This document shows positions 10,951 to 23,710 of a DNA stretch of 64,000 nt, piece after piece (position 1 is the stretch's first letter; each line of letters opens with the position of its first letter). A model generated the notes under the pieces. It saw only the letters and a program-made list of their open reading frames with translations. It had not been told where the DNA came from and searched no databases. Location of the stretch: positions 3,906,001 through 3,970,000 of the forward strand of contig JANHCV010000001.1 of NCBI GenBank assembly GCA_025594325.1, in the 5' to 3' direction. The stretch is from Blastocladiella emersonii ATCC 22665 (taxonomy: Eukaryota > Fungi > Blastocladiomycota). Position numbers and translations under genes: made by a program.

Positions 10951-13900
10951 ATGCCACCACCAGCTCCCGCGGCGCAGGGCCTGACACCGCTCGTGCTGCC
11001 GCCAGTCAAGGCGCCGGGTACCGTGTTCCAGCCCGTGGAGCTCGTCGTGCCGACGACGCCCAAGGACAAGGACCGGAAAGCCGCCGTGACCGTCGCCACG
11101 CCCGTCTTCGTCACGAGCGGATTCGTCAACCTGAGCGATGACGTCGAGGGCGCGCCCACGGCGTTCCAGGCGTCGCTCGGCGACCCGCCGCCCGATCTCT
11201 CGGGCTCGGTCCCAACGGTCCCGTACCGCAACCTGCCGCGCGACAACGTGGTCGCGCTGCTGCACAAGGTCAACACGCGCGACAGCGCCAAGGCCGCGCA
11301 GGCCGCGTCTTCCTCCAAGCCCGCCGCGAGACCGGCGGCCGCGGGCGGCGCACCCGCCGACTACTCGTACACGCGCAAGTACAAACGCAACATCGTCGCG
11401 AAGCCGACGCCCGGCGTCGTGGCGGCATCGCAGCGGCGCAAGAAGAACCGCCGCGAGGTGACGCTGCAGTCGAACCTCGACGATATCCGCACGTTCCGCA
11501 ATACCATGGTCGCGCCGGCGCCTGGGCTCGGGCTGATCAAGGACGAGTTCCTCGAGTTCGAGTCGCCCAACCCGCCGGCCGGCAAGAAGAAGCGCCAGTC
11601 GGTCGTCAACCAGGGCGCCGCCTCTCCGGCTGCGGCTGCCGCGGCGGCGGCCGGCGCGAACGCGCTGCTCGCGGCCATCGGCGAGCTTCCCGGCGAGGGC
11701 GCTGCAGCTGCTACTCTCACCGCCGTTGGAGCCGACGGTGCCATTGCGGCCGCCCGGCTGGCGGCGAGCGGCGAGCCAGCGCCTGGAGCCGTCCCGGCCG
11801 AGACGATCGTGAACCCGTTCATGGTCATGTGCGACGACGTGGTCAACTCGCTGGCCGAGTTCGAGTCGGCGATGCAGACCTTTTCGCTGTGGAAGAACGA
11901 CTTCCTCAAGCAGAACGTGACGTCGGGCGTCAAGCTGACGCTGGCGCTCATGGTGTCCAAGATCGTGCGCACCCAGTCGGACCTGTCGCAGATGGTGCTC
12001 GAGCTGATCCGCGGCGTGCGCGTGTACTCGAGCCAGTGGGCCGACAAGCTCAACGCCATCACCGAGCTCGAGGAGGAGCACGCGCGCCAGTCGCGCGCTT
12101 TCGACATTGCCCTGCGCAAGCTCGAGAGCATGCACGGCCAGGTCACCCGCAACCGCACCAACCGCCAGATCTTCATGTGGGAGTATATCACCAAGAAGCT
12201 CGTCCGCCGACACCAGGAGCTCGCCGCCATGGAGGACGATAGCGACGACGACAGCGACTGGGACAAGGAGTCGGTCTCTGGCGACGAGGACGGCGAGGCC
12301 GATGACGCGGACGCCGTGGCCTCGGGTGCGAGCCTGTCTGGCTCCCGCGGACCAAGCGCTCCGGGCACGGCGCCTGGAACCGCCGCGCCGGCCGTCGGGT
12401 CGCTGCTCAAGCAGGAGTACGCCAAGGTCGTCGGCGGCCTCGCGGCCTCGGGTCCCGCACCGAAACCTGCCGCCGCGACGGGCTCCAAGAAGTCCAAGGC
12501 CGGCGACGACGACAAGGGCAAGTCCAAGTCGTCGTCCAAGGACAAGACGGGTACCGGTGGCGGCAAGAAGCCGCGCGACGACGCGCAGCGCGTGCACGAG
12601 ATCCGGTCGATCCTCGAGTCGAAGCGCAAGGAGCGCGAGGCGCAGCTGCGCGCCGCGCAGGAGGCCGAGCTGCCGCGGCGCGCCATGCTCGAGCAAAAGT
12701 TCAACGAGCTGCTCAACCGCATGTACCCGTCGCTGCCGCGGTCCATCTTCGCGTTCCACCAGCGCGAGCGCCACGCGCCCATGTACTACGCGTCCGAAGT
12801 GCTCGTGCTCGAGATCCCCAAGGGCGAGCCGCCCAAGGACCTGTCGAAGCGGAGCGCGTGGCTCGCCGAGGACGCGGTCGAGCTCGCGCGCCCGCCGCAG
12901 CCCCGCGGCCTCGTCCGCTCCAACTCGGCCAACGCGCTATACCAGATGGCCAACCACCGCCGCGACTTTGTCCCGCTCAAGGAGCGCGAGCTCATGCAGA
13001 AGGCCAGCGACGCGCTCATGAAGGCGCACCGCGCGCGGTTCCCGGCCCACGCCCTGCGCTTCGACAAGGTGCTCGGGTCGCCCGCAGGGTCCAAGCCGGG
13101 CACGGCGCCGACCGACTACGACGGCGACGCGGCGCTGCTCACGATCCCGCACGTCGACCTCAACAAGACGTGGTTCACACTGCAGGACGTGGTCGAGCTC
13201 TCGCTGCTGCACATGCAGCAGATTCAGCAGCTACGCAACGAATACGAGTGCGTCGACCTTCGCTTTCAATCGCATTGATGGAGCCGTGCTGACCGAGCGA
13301 CCATGGCCGTGTAGAAACCGCGTCCTCCAGCTCACCCAGCTCAACACTCAGCACAACGTCATCCCGAAGAACTGGCAGCACGTCACCGATGCCGCGCCAA
13401 CGCCAAGGCAGGGCGGATCGCGCGCCGAACTGCGCAGCCGCAACCAGTCGGGCGCGTCGCTGGCCAAGCAGTCCGGCCAGCAACTGCACCAGCCGCCGCG
13501 CAAGAGCAAGTCGCCGGGTCCCGCGGCCAAACCATCGCCGCCGAGCCCGCGGCGCAAGTCGCCGATCCGGTTTAAGCCCAAGCCGATCCTCAACTCGTCG
13601 CTGCTCGACATGACGGTACGTGGACTCGAGTCTGTCGCGCGAATCGAACTAACGCGATCGACGCCCTAGTTCATGGATCGAATGACGCGCATGGCCGCGG
13701 CAGCGCACAAGCGCAAGGCCGACGTGTCCGAGCGCATCATGCGCAAGGAGTTCGAGGAGAACCTCACCAAGGTGGTCCGCGATCGCACGCAAACGTTTTC
13801 CAAGGAGCAGGTCGTCGAGCTCATGGAGCGTGGTACGCTGGCCTCGCACCTAGATTCGCCGCGACGTACTGCTGACCTTCGCGTTTCTTGGTAGTTTTGC

Positions 13901-14181
13901 CCGCCGTCTTCATGCCGCTGCCCGAGAAGGAGCCCGAGGCGCCGTCGTTTCCATCACGGCCGCCATCTCGAGGTACGAATCGTTCAGGTCGGGGCCGTGA
14001 GTGTCGCGCGATATTAACGACGGCTTGTGTAGTCATGGACCGCTTCAAACCACGCTCGCCACACTCGGGAAGCGGCGACGGCAAGGTCACCGAGGACGAG
14101 TTCGACTTGTTCGAGATCGCGCGACCACTTTCACGGCGAGGCCAAGAAGGACCACCACCACCACCACCACCCCAAACCTGA
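10951..14181 (+). CDS. Large hypothetical protein (low-complexity plus helical/coiled-coil segments), spliced at the 3' end
   Basis: 775-codon first ORF with the host codon bias. Further GC-biased exon-like blocks at about 13320-13615, 13670-13830, 13895-13973 and 14032-14181 are separated by GT-AG introns. No family recognised. Confidence 0.6.
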
Positions 14182-14232
14182 GCCATTGAGCGATCATAGA
14201 AGATTTTTGCAATTGATTCATGATCATGGCCA

Positions 14233-16931
14233 TCAAGACATGTCAACGGGCGTCGTGTTGAGCGGACTCGTGATGGCGAGCACTTGCGCGACCGTGCTCG
14301 TCAAGTGCATGTCGGCAGCCTCGCCGGACGCGACGTCGGCCAGCACCGAGAGCAGCGTGCCGTGAGGCTACAGTAAGGTCGATAGTCAGTGCTCCGTCGC
14401 CACACGCGTGGCACTCAATCGTACCTTGCACTCGGCCGACCACTTGATGAGGTCGGCCTCGTTCGAGATAAAGTACGCCTTGCGCGCCTTGGTCGAGATG
14501 ACGTGGTTGTAGTTGGCCACGATGACGCAGCCGGGCTGCGCCTGCTTCTCGCCCGACGAGTCGGGCGCGGTGCCCGGCGGCGAGCCGGCGGCCGCGGACC
14601 CGGGCGGCGCGTCGGCGGCAGCTGGGTCGCTCGATGGCGGAGCAGCAGTGCCGGGCTTGGTCTCGGGCGCCGGTGCTGCAGGCGTAGCCGGCGCAGCGGG
14701 CTCGGTGGCCGCGCCGCCACCTTCGGCCGATGCGGCCGACTCCTGCAGGACGACCTCGGGCAGCAGCGGAGGCGCGACGACCTCGGGCTCGCCCGTGTAG
14801 ACCATGGCGCAGAACACGCGCGCATTGACGCTCGTCAGGTTGGCCTTGTGCGCGGAGAAGGCGAGCTGCGTGCACCGCGTGGCCATGGCCCAGTAGCACT
14901 CGTTGTCCTCCTTGATCGGGCTCGTGTTTTGGTCGAGGAAGCTGCACGGCGATGCAAAGGCGAGGCCGAAGCGGCAGAGTTTCTACACGGTCAAGCGGAG
15001 GTGAGTGGAGTCGGACGCTCAAAAGCGGCCGGGTTGTACCATGAAGAAGAGCGTCGGCGGGAACCATTTGCCCTTGAAGACCTCGAGCCGGTCGTTCATC
15101 GGGCGGATCAGCGTGACGCCCTTGGCCGAGATCTCGACCTCGAGGTCGCTCCACTTGCCGTTCATGGACAGGCGGACCGACGGGAACAGCGGTGGCGGGT
15201 CGAGCGGGCCGGGGAGCACGGGTCGCAGCCGCCATTCCTCGGACGGGAAGTCGGAGAAGGCCTCCTGGACGAGCGCGCACGGCTTGAAGACGGACGTCTT
15301 GAACTGAACGGTGCCCTTGGCCCGGTCAATCTCGACGTCCGAGATGCCCTCGGTGCGCCACGTGCAGCTTTTGGCGCACCACCACTTGACCGTCGCGAGC
15401 GGGTGGAGGAACAGCTCGCTGCCGACCGAGTACGAGATGATCATGGCCGAGTCGTCATCCTTGACTGGCGTGGGAGCCGAGCCGGGCGGTGCAGTCGAGC
15501 CGTCGCCGCCGACCGCTCCGTTGCTGCCCGTAGCACCGCTGGCTGCCGCTGCGGCTGCCGTAGCGTTCGGCGACGACGCGTCGAGCGAGCCCTCGCCGCC
15601 GCCCGAGTCTCCGCTTCCGTCGCCGCCTTCACCCTCCTCGGTGCCGCGCGGGAACGGATACGGGACGTGGCGGACCGAGAGGTCGTTGGCGAGCAGGGCG
15701 CGGATCGTCCAGAAATCGGCCGTCTTGGGCAGCTCGGGGAGCTCAAGCAGGCTGAAGAAGATGACGCCGTCGAGGATGATGTGGCGGCTGACGAGCCGGT
15801 CGTCGCGACTTGTCGTGTTCTGCTGCAAGCTGAGGTCCATGAGCGTCGAGTCGCTGCGGTCGTGGATCACGCGGATCGCGACGTTGGCGAGAGTCAGCGA
15901 CTTGGGCAGCGTGACGTGCATGTCGGCGACGTCGAAGGCCTTGTGGCGCGGGTTTTTGGTGTAGTTGGCCCACAGGCAGAACCGGACCGAGGGCGGAAAG
16001 TCCTGAAAGATGAGCAGGTTCTCGGTCGACTCGCGCGGGAAGAGCTCCGAGTTCTGCAACAGTACGTGTGTGTGAGCAGCGTTCGGGCGAACGGTTCAGT
16101 GCGAGGACGAACCTGTAGGATATGCGCGGAAAGCGCGTCCCACTTGCGCTCGATCGCGGCACGTGCCTCGCGGATGTTGAAGGCGTAGCGGTCCGCCTTG
16201 CCGTCGCGGTAGTCGATGGACCGCGAGTAGCGAGTTTCGAGGAGCGCGTGCAGCTACACGACAACGTGTGAGCGACGGGATCGAGTTGCACGTCATCGGA
16301 GACTGAGCCGTACCCGCTCCGCCTCGGCGAGGTCGCTCTCGAGGTAGCCGAACGACGGCTTCTCGGGGAGCTGAATGAACTCGGCGAGGTACGCGACGAC
16401 CTCGGCCTCGACGCGCGGGTTGGGCAGCCGCGAACACGAGATATACGCGTCCCACTACACGGATTTCAAGTAAGCATCGAAGGGTTCGGTACGGTGATCA
16501 AAGTACGAACCTCCTCCTCCTTGTCTCTTGCCGCAAGGATCCCGTCGACATGGCCAACCATCTGCTGGCGCAGCTCGACGGACGCTTGCCGCTCGGACTC
16601 GAATGTGCCCTCCTCCTAGATACGCTCGGTTGGCGTAAGCGATGGATGTGCAGCCGAGCCCTCGACGACTCGCGTACCGCTTCAAGCGCGGCGTCGCGCT
16701 CCTCGCGGTCCTTTTGCTCAGCGAGCTCGGCCTCGCGCTGCCGTGCCAGCTCGGCCAGTCGTGCCGCTATAGAGCACCCGATCGCTTAGAGCAAAAACAT
16801 AAGATGACCGCGGGCTACATCCTACCTTCCTCCTCCTTGCGTTTCTGCTCCTCGAGAGCGAGCCGTTCGGCTTCGAGCTCCTTCTTGCTCTTTTTCTTCT
16901 TCTTGCCGTCCTTTTTCGCAGAGCCGGGCAT
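14233..16931 (-). CDS. DNAI7: Dynein axonemal intermediate chain 7 / CASC1 / IC97-like, multi-exon
   Basis: N-terminus MPGSAKKDGKKKKSKKELEAERLALEEQKRKEEE; WDAYISCSRLPNPRVEAEV (CASC1 W..YI.C...P.P motif); FCLWANYTKNPRHK; W.TEGISD; FKT..F.P.AL.Q.AFSDFP..EW.LRP; C-terminal PHGTL. Confidence 0.82.
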
Positions 16932-17065
16932 GATGCGTCAACTTAGATACGTCAAAGCTTCGTAATGCTCGTCCTCAAGAGCGGTGGTGGCTCGCGCGAC
17001 GAGACGATCGACAGCCGACGCGTAGCGACGCGTGGGGTCGGCATCACGTGGTGTGATGCATGATT

Positions 17066-17107
17066 GTCTCGCGACGTGTCTCGCGGCCTGTCGCGGCGTG
17101 TCTCGCG
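17066..17107. promoter_or_regulatory. Triple GTCTCGCG array upstream of DNAI7 (example of a recurrent intergenic motif)
   Basis: GTCTCGCG at 17066, 17078 and 17100, in non-coding DNA 135-175 nt upstream of the DNAI7 ATG. The same word recurs in many other intergenic regions. Confidence 0.5.
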
Positions 17108-17177
17108 TTTTCCTTTCGCTTCGCGTCGCGGACGCGCACAAGGCGAGTACGAGGTAGCTTTCTACAATTTTTGTATT

Positions 17178-20100
17178 CTACCCCCGCCGACCGCTTTGCG
17201 ACGACGAGTGAGCGTGACCGTGCCCGCTGTTCCCAAGCCCGCTGCCGCCCGAGTAGAACCGGGTCGGGTCCTTTGAGTAGTTCGGCTTCTCGGGCAGCTT
17301 GATGTCGGCCAGCTCGTACTTGGTGTGCCGGACCAGCTCCTTGTACACGGACTCGGGCCGGACATGCCCGATCCGCACCGTCGGCCGGTCCACGCCGGTC
17401 GGGTGGGACTTGGCGTGCGAGTAGCAGAAGTGCGAGGTGCCGTGCTGGACCCGCAGCTCGTCGTCGTCGACGCGCCACTCGCGGCTCATTCGTTGCCTTG
17501 CCGTGAAGTCTGTAGCGGGGTGTGTGAGTGGTCAGCGGTTCGTGCTGCTAAGATGTTCGCGACGGTCATGTGTACCCTTCCACTTGCGCACGACGTGCAT
17601 CTGCATTGCGATCACACGGCTCGACTGCGACACCTTGACCAGCGACGTGGGCTGCTGGAGAATCTTGGCGTTGACCATGGCCGTCACCTCATTCTCGAGA
17701 TCCTTGAGCTGCTGCTGCGCGTTGGTCTCTACATTCGCGTGTACGGGGCGGCTTTTAGTGATGGGTGTCGGCAGTCGCGCGAAGCTGGAACACACCTTTC
17801 GGATCCATGGAGGCCTCGAACGCCTTGAAGTTGGCCCACGCCTTGAGGACCTCCTCCTCGAGCTCGAAGGTCGGGTTGTTGAGGGCCTGGAGAGCTACGC
17901 AATCCGATGGACGACGAGTGAGACTTCGCCGTGGCAGCGAGTTCAAATGAAGCCGTACCGAACGAGGCCTGGTTCGAGTTCTGCTGGAGCATGCCGTTCT
18001 TCGAGCCTACGGTAAAGCGCGTCAGCACCATCATCAACCCCAACACACCGTGCGCCTGTACCCTTCCACAGATCGACGACGGCCGCCTTGAGATGATCGC
18101 GGTGCGTCTCGAGAAAGTGTTTGCGCTTCTTCTCGATCAGGTTCTCTTGCCGCACGTCCTGCGGAATCGGGAGGAACGTGGACGGGTCGTCGAGGTCCCA
18201 CGAATCCTCCTGGCCGAAGATCCCGATGTGTGTTCCTGTAATCAAGTGCGACGGGATGAGTTGCGACTCGAGCGCGTCGAGCAGCGGATGCCATACCGTC
18301 AAGGGTCCACATGCGGATCGTCGTGTCCGAAGACGCCGAGAGAAAGGCGTTGTGCGTCGAGATGAAGCTCACGCTACACATGGCCTCCGTTGTTAGCGCT
18401 CGAGTCCACGACACGGCCGAGCAGCGTACCTCGTCACGCCGATGTTGTGGCACTTCCACATGGACTTGAGCTGCACCACGTCGACGAGCGTGTCGTTGCC
18501 ACGCAGAATAAACGGCGCGATCTCGATGACACGGACGTGGCCGAGCGAGCCGCCGACCACGAGCTTGGTCCCCGCCAGGTTCACGGCCATGCAGGTCAGG
18601 CCCTCGCCCTCGGGCAGGCCGCACGAGGCCTCGAAGACCATGCGCGACTCGTACACGTCCCAGATGCGGAGGAACCCGTCGGCGTGCGCCGAGATGAGCG
18701 GGAATCGGTGCGACTTGGAGTAGTTGTCGTTCTGCTTGTCGTACAGGAAGAAGAGCTAGATTTCGGGGGCGTGAGCTGTCGTAAACCGAGCGGTGAGTGC
18801 GATCAACGTACCTCCTCGACTGCCTTGGACTCGAGACTCTTGTACTCGAGGAACGGGTCCTTGAGGTTGCACCGCCACGTCCCGCTCTCGAGGTTCCACA
18901 CGACGATGCGGCCGTCGAGCCCGCCCGTCGCGAGGAGCGCAGCCGGCGCGAACGTGACGCACAGGATGTCCTCCTCGTGGCCGCGGTGCGCGTCGGCCAT
19001 CTCGCGCAGCGGCCACACCTCGAACGCCTCGGGGTCGTCCAGGAACACGCTGATCTTGTGGTCCCAGCCGACGGCGAGAATGTACTTGTTGGCGCCGACC
19101 TCGGCAAACAGCACGGCGCTGACCTCTGCCGCGTTGTGCTTGTAGCACTTGCGGAGCAGCTGGCCGTTGTTGAAGTTCCACACCTTGACGATCCCGTCGC
19201 GGCTCGCCGTGATGAGCCGGCGGCCGCTGTTGTCGAAGCACATGGCCGTGATTTCGAAGGCCTACACGTCGCGATGCGAGTGAGTTTTGGGCCATGAAAG
19301 TCGGTCGGGTGCACGTACGCCGTGAACCTGGTTGAACTGGAACGTCTTCTCGCCCGAGTGCGCGTCCCAGACGCTGACGGCCGACTCCTCACACCCGGAC
19401 ACGACCTGGTGGAACGAGTTGTTGAACATGGCCGCGACGATGGGGGCCTCGTGGCTCTGGACGAGCGAGTGTTTGTGCTGCGTGTACAACGGCCACGACT
19501 CGAGCTTGCTGGACCCGGTGATGAGCTGGCGGTGCACGTTGTCGAAGTAGATGGACGAGATGATGTTTTCGGGCCGGTGCGGGAACCGGTCCGTCAGGGT
19601 CTGCAGGCAGAACATGGTCTTGATGTTCCAGATCTTGATGACCTTGTCCTCGCTCAGACTGATGACGTGGCCGTCGGTCTGGTTCACGAGCACGTCGGTG
19701 ACCACGGCGTTGTGCCCGACCAGGCTGCCCGCGGCCTTGCTGAGTACGTAGGGGTTCCAGAGTCGCACAATTCTACACGTGCGAGTGTGGTCAGCACACG
19801 GCAACGAGTTGGTCACGCAGAGAGGAATGTACTTGTCGCGGCCACCCGTGATGATGAATGATGGCCGGCGGCAGTAGTCGAAGCACCGCACGCCCTTGGG
19901 GACGCTGATCGAGCGTGCAGTCCTGCGCTCGAGGTCGTTGATGATGAGCGACTTGACGCTCTCGCTCGAGCACGTCACGAACGCGTTGATCTCGCGGAAG
20001 CACTGGATGCGCTCGACCCACTCGCCGTCGTGGTGGACCTTTTTCTACACGAGCGCAATAGTCGGAGGGGTCAGTCAAGCAGGACTGGTACCACAGCCGT

Positions 20101-21536
20101 GCTCGCGTACCCGATGCAGAGTGATGTTGCCCTTGTACGGGTTGTCGTCGCGGTGGGAGAGGACCGACGGCTTGACGGTGCTCGACTCGTTATCGTTGGT
20201 GTACTCGGTGAAGAAGCGGCGCGTGAACGAGAGGATGTTGATGAAGCCGCCGTCGTCGCCGAACACGAGGACCGAGCGCTCGTCCTCGAACTTGCCTACA
20301 CTCTGCAGTGTCAGTCACAGCTCGGCTGGTTGCGAAGAGCGCAGCCGACGTACTCGCATAGGCGATGCAGAGCGGATTGTTCTCGAGCGGCGCGATGGTG
20401 ATCAACTTGCGCGGCTTGATGGACATCATCTCGAAGATGGTCAGCCTAGAGGAGCGGCACCGTTAGCGGAAGTGGCATCGCACAGCGAAGTCGGAAAGTA
20501 CGCACTGGCGATCGTCAGAGACGACGGCGAGCTTGTTCTGGTCCTGCATTAGCACGGCGTCGGTGACCCATGCCTGGGAGCCCTCGCGCGTCGAGAGCGA
20601 GCGCTGGAGCTTGAGCTTCGGCGACCACAGGCAAATGGATCCGTCGCGGCTGATCGAAAAGTACTTGCGCTCCTTGGGGATGTAGTCGATGCGCTTGATG
20701 AGGTCCTTGTGCGACGAGTCGACGAGCTTGCGCACGCGCTCGTCGATGATGGATTTCTACACGAGGGTGACGAGGAGTCAGCAACGAGCTCGGAGTTTGT
20801 GGGCGGGAGCAGCGGTCGGCGAGACGGACAATGTACTCTTGGTTCAGGCCGCCGACCATGACGACAAAGGTGGAGAACTCGTCCCAGCTCACGGTGCCGT
20901 CCGAGTTGGCGTCGATCTTCATGAACAACTGGGTCATCTGGTCGAAGGACAGGTTGCCGCCAAGCACCTTGCCGAAGACTTCCCGGAACTACACGAGGAG
21001 CCGTCAGCGGGCCGCGAAGGTCCGATGAAGCAAGCGAGAGCGCGTACCGTGTCAATGTCGAAGCCCTCCTCGCCGTCCTCGTTGCGGTGCGACTTGAAGA
21101 TGGTCATGAGCTGCTCAAAGTGGTGAATGTTCATGTACTGCTGAATGTCGTCGGTCCTACACATGTCGACGGAGTGAGCCACGGGTCGGCACACGGTGGC
21201 TCACGACCACGTACGCCGTCTTGCCGGCCTTGCGCTTGGGCGGCGGCGCGAGCGCCGTGTTCGACTGGTCATTCTCCTGGTCGCCTGGAGTGCGGTTCCG
21301 CAGGAGCAGGTCGTCGTCCGATTCATCGTCAATCGAGGGTGGTAGCAAGAATGATTGGGTGGCGGCGAATAAGTCATCCATGGTTGCAAAAGTGTGTGTG
21401 GGTAGAGGCAGAGGAAGGGAGGATACATACTTCGGTAGCCCGAGGACCCCTCGCCGAGCCGGCCGCGGTCGCTCACGTCCGCATCGGCGGTGAAGGCGGC
21501 GGACAGTCCGATGGTCACGTTGTTGGGCTCGCCCAT
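17178..21536 (-). CDS. EF-hand plus WD40-repeat protein (WDR49/CFAP337-EFCAB8-WDR64-like, cilia-associated family), many exons
   Basis: EF-hand FMKIDANSDGTVSWDEFSTF near the N-terminus, followed by WD repeats (DGSICLW, GGRDK.IVRLWNPY, GHNAVVTD, DKVIKIWN, ESAVSVWD, DGIVKVWNFNNG, DGRIVVWN, DGFLRIWD, DTTIRMW). N-terminus ambiguous (ATG 21536 or about 21381). Confidence 0.75.
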
Positions 21537-21971
21537 GGTACAAAAGGCAAAGGCAGTGGGGTGCAGGCGCGTCCTTTGTTCGTGCTCAGCTGGGAGAGGT
21601 CACAGGCCTGCTGGGCCCATCAGCGGCGGATCGTTGCATAGGCAGCCGGGCGGCCAGGGGTGGAGGGAAGTGGTTGTTTTGGCCCGCGCGGAAACCGTCG
21701 GAATGCGCGATCACGGCGGCGGCGGCGCGTCTCCGGGCATGGCGAGGCGAGGCGAGACGCGCCGGGTGACGCGTTGCGCCACAGGCGGGAGACGCGGGTG
21801 CGTCACATGATTGATTACAGGCGAGGCGCCGCCGCCGCCGATCCCGAGCGCGATCGCGGACAGTGACCAGGGCCCGAGGGATGGCCCGAACCAGCTCACT
21901 GCCCCTCTCCTCTTCGGCAACGTACCCGCTACTACACGCACTCTCTGCAACGTATCGACGCATTACCGACC

Positions 21972-23544
21972 ATGGACGTGCCCGACGCACCCGTCACCGA
22001 GAACGAGCTCGAGGCGTTCCGCCAGCAGTGGAAGCAGCAACTCACCTCGGGCCAGCACGCGGCCGCCGGCGACGCAAAGCCCGCGCCGCAGGTCTCGCCC
22101 AAGGGTAAGGCCGCGGCCCAAAAGACGAAAAATCGACGTGGCCCTGCTGCTGCTGCTGCGCCGCTCGCGGAACTGGCTCGGCCCGCCGCCGCCGACCCGC
22201 GCGCTGTTGGCAAGAAGCCCACGGCATGGGAATCCGGCGTGGTTCCGCCACCAACAGCGCTCCCCGTCGCGTCTCCTGGGAAAACTAAGGCCAAGGGTAA
22301 GGGCAAGGCGAGCGTTCCCTCCATCACCAACGCCGTCGCCCCGCCATCTGCAGCCAAGGCCAACTTTGCGCAGTCCGCGTCGAAACCCGCTGCACCCGCC
22401 ATCGCGCCCGCCGCTGCCTCATCAAAGCCGCCCGCGCCCAAGCCCGACCTCGAGCCCGCCCTCTCCGAGAACCAGCTCGAGGCGCTCAACATGTACGAGG
22501 AGGCCATGGAGTACGAGTCCGAGGGCCAGCTCGCCGATGCGCTCAAGTTCTACCGCGCCGCCTTTGTACGGTCTCCGTGAACGTGCACGCCGCATCCAAC
22601 TGACCGAATCTCGCGTCATGTAGAAAGTCGACCCTGACGTCGACCTGTTGTACCGGTCCGAGTCGAACCGCCGCGCTGCTGTCGCGGCCGCTGCCTCTGC
22701 CGCCGCGGGCCCATCTGCTGCTGCGCCATTGGCCAAGTCGCTCGTGAGCCAGCCCAAGGGCGACCCGGCCGTGCCGATGCGGCCGTTCGCCGAGTGGTTC
22801 GAGGAGCTCAAGCACCTGCACCACGAGCTCGTCCCGATCAAACCGGGCCGGCCCGTGCCGCTGCAGGTGCTGCCCGACGACCTGATCATCCACGTCCTCA
22901 AGCACGCGCTCGCGACCGACGTGCACAGCTTCTTCACGGTCTCGCTCGTGTGCAAGAAGTTCCTCGTGCTCGCGCGCGAGGCCACCGTGTGGCGTTTCGT
23001 CTGCGGGCGGCACTTCCCGCACCGCGACCTGACGGCGCTCAGCGACGACTGGATGGACTTCTACCGCCGGGAACCGCGCATCCGCACCGACGGCGCGTAC
23101 ATCAGCCCGTGCCGGTACATCCGGCCCGGCTTCTCCGAGACCAGCATCAACGCGCCGATCCTGATCGTCGAGTACTACCGGTACCTGCGGTTCTACCCGG
23201 ACGGCAAGGTGATCTCGCTCATGACGCCGACCGAGCCCAAGTCGACGGTCAAGAACCTGACCGAGGCCAAGCTCGAGCACGCCGAGGGGTTCCAGAAGGG
23301 CGCCTACTCGATCGCCGAGGACAAGGTGTACATCCAGCTGACGGAACGCAGCCGGCCGCACTGCAGCTTCAACCTGACGCTCACGATCCGCATGTCTAAG
23401 CGCCGCAACCGCGCGCTGCGCCTCGAGTGGGACTCGTACACCGTGGTTTCGCCAAACCGGTACTCGGAGCCCGAAGAGTACGAGATGGACATTTCCGAGT
23501 TCAAGCCGTTTGCGTTCGGCAAGGTCCGCAGTTACATCCTATAG
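21972..23544 (+). CDS. HRT3: F-box protein of the Hrt3/FBXO9 family, 2 exons
   Basis: Helical YEEAMEYESEGQLADALKFYRAAF/KVDPDVD, F-box LPDDLIIHVL...VSLVCKKF, and hallmark PRIRTDGAYISPCRYIRPG and VEYYRYLRFYPDG. Confidence 0.88.
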
Positions 23545-23710
23545 CCGTTGTCGCGGTGAGCAGTACATGATCTCTTCCCATCACTTTGTGCAGGCGGGCG
23601 TAGTCGCGTTTCAGCGTCGGCGGAAGGCTTGGAGGCAAGCTTCTCTTCACACGGCGCCGCCGCTCGGATCACTCTCTCCCTCTCCCCATCATCGACACAC
23701 TCACAGAATA

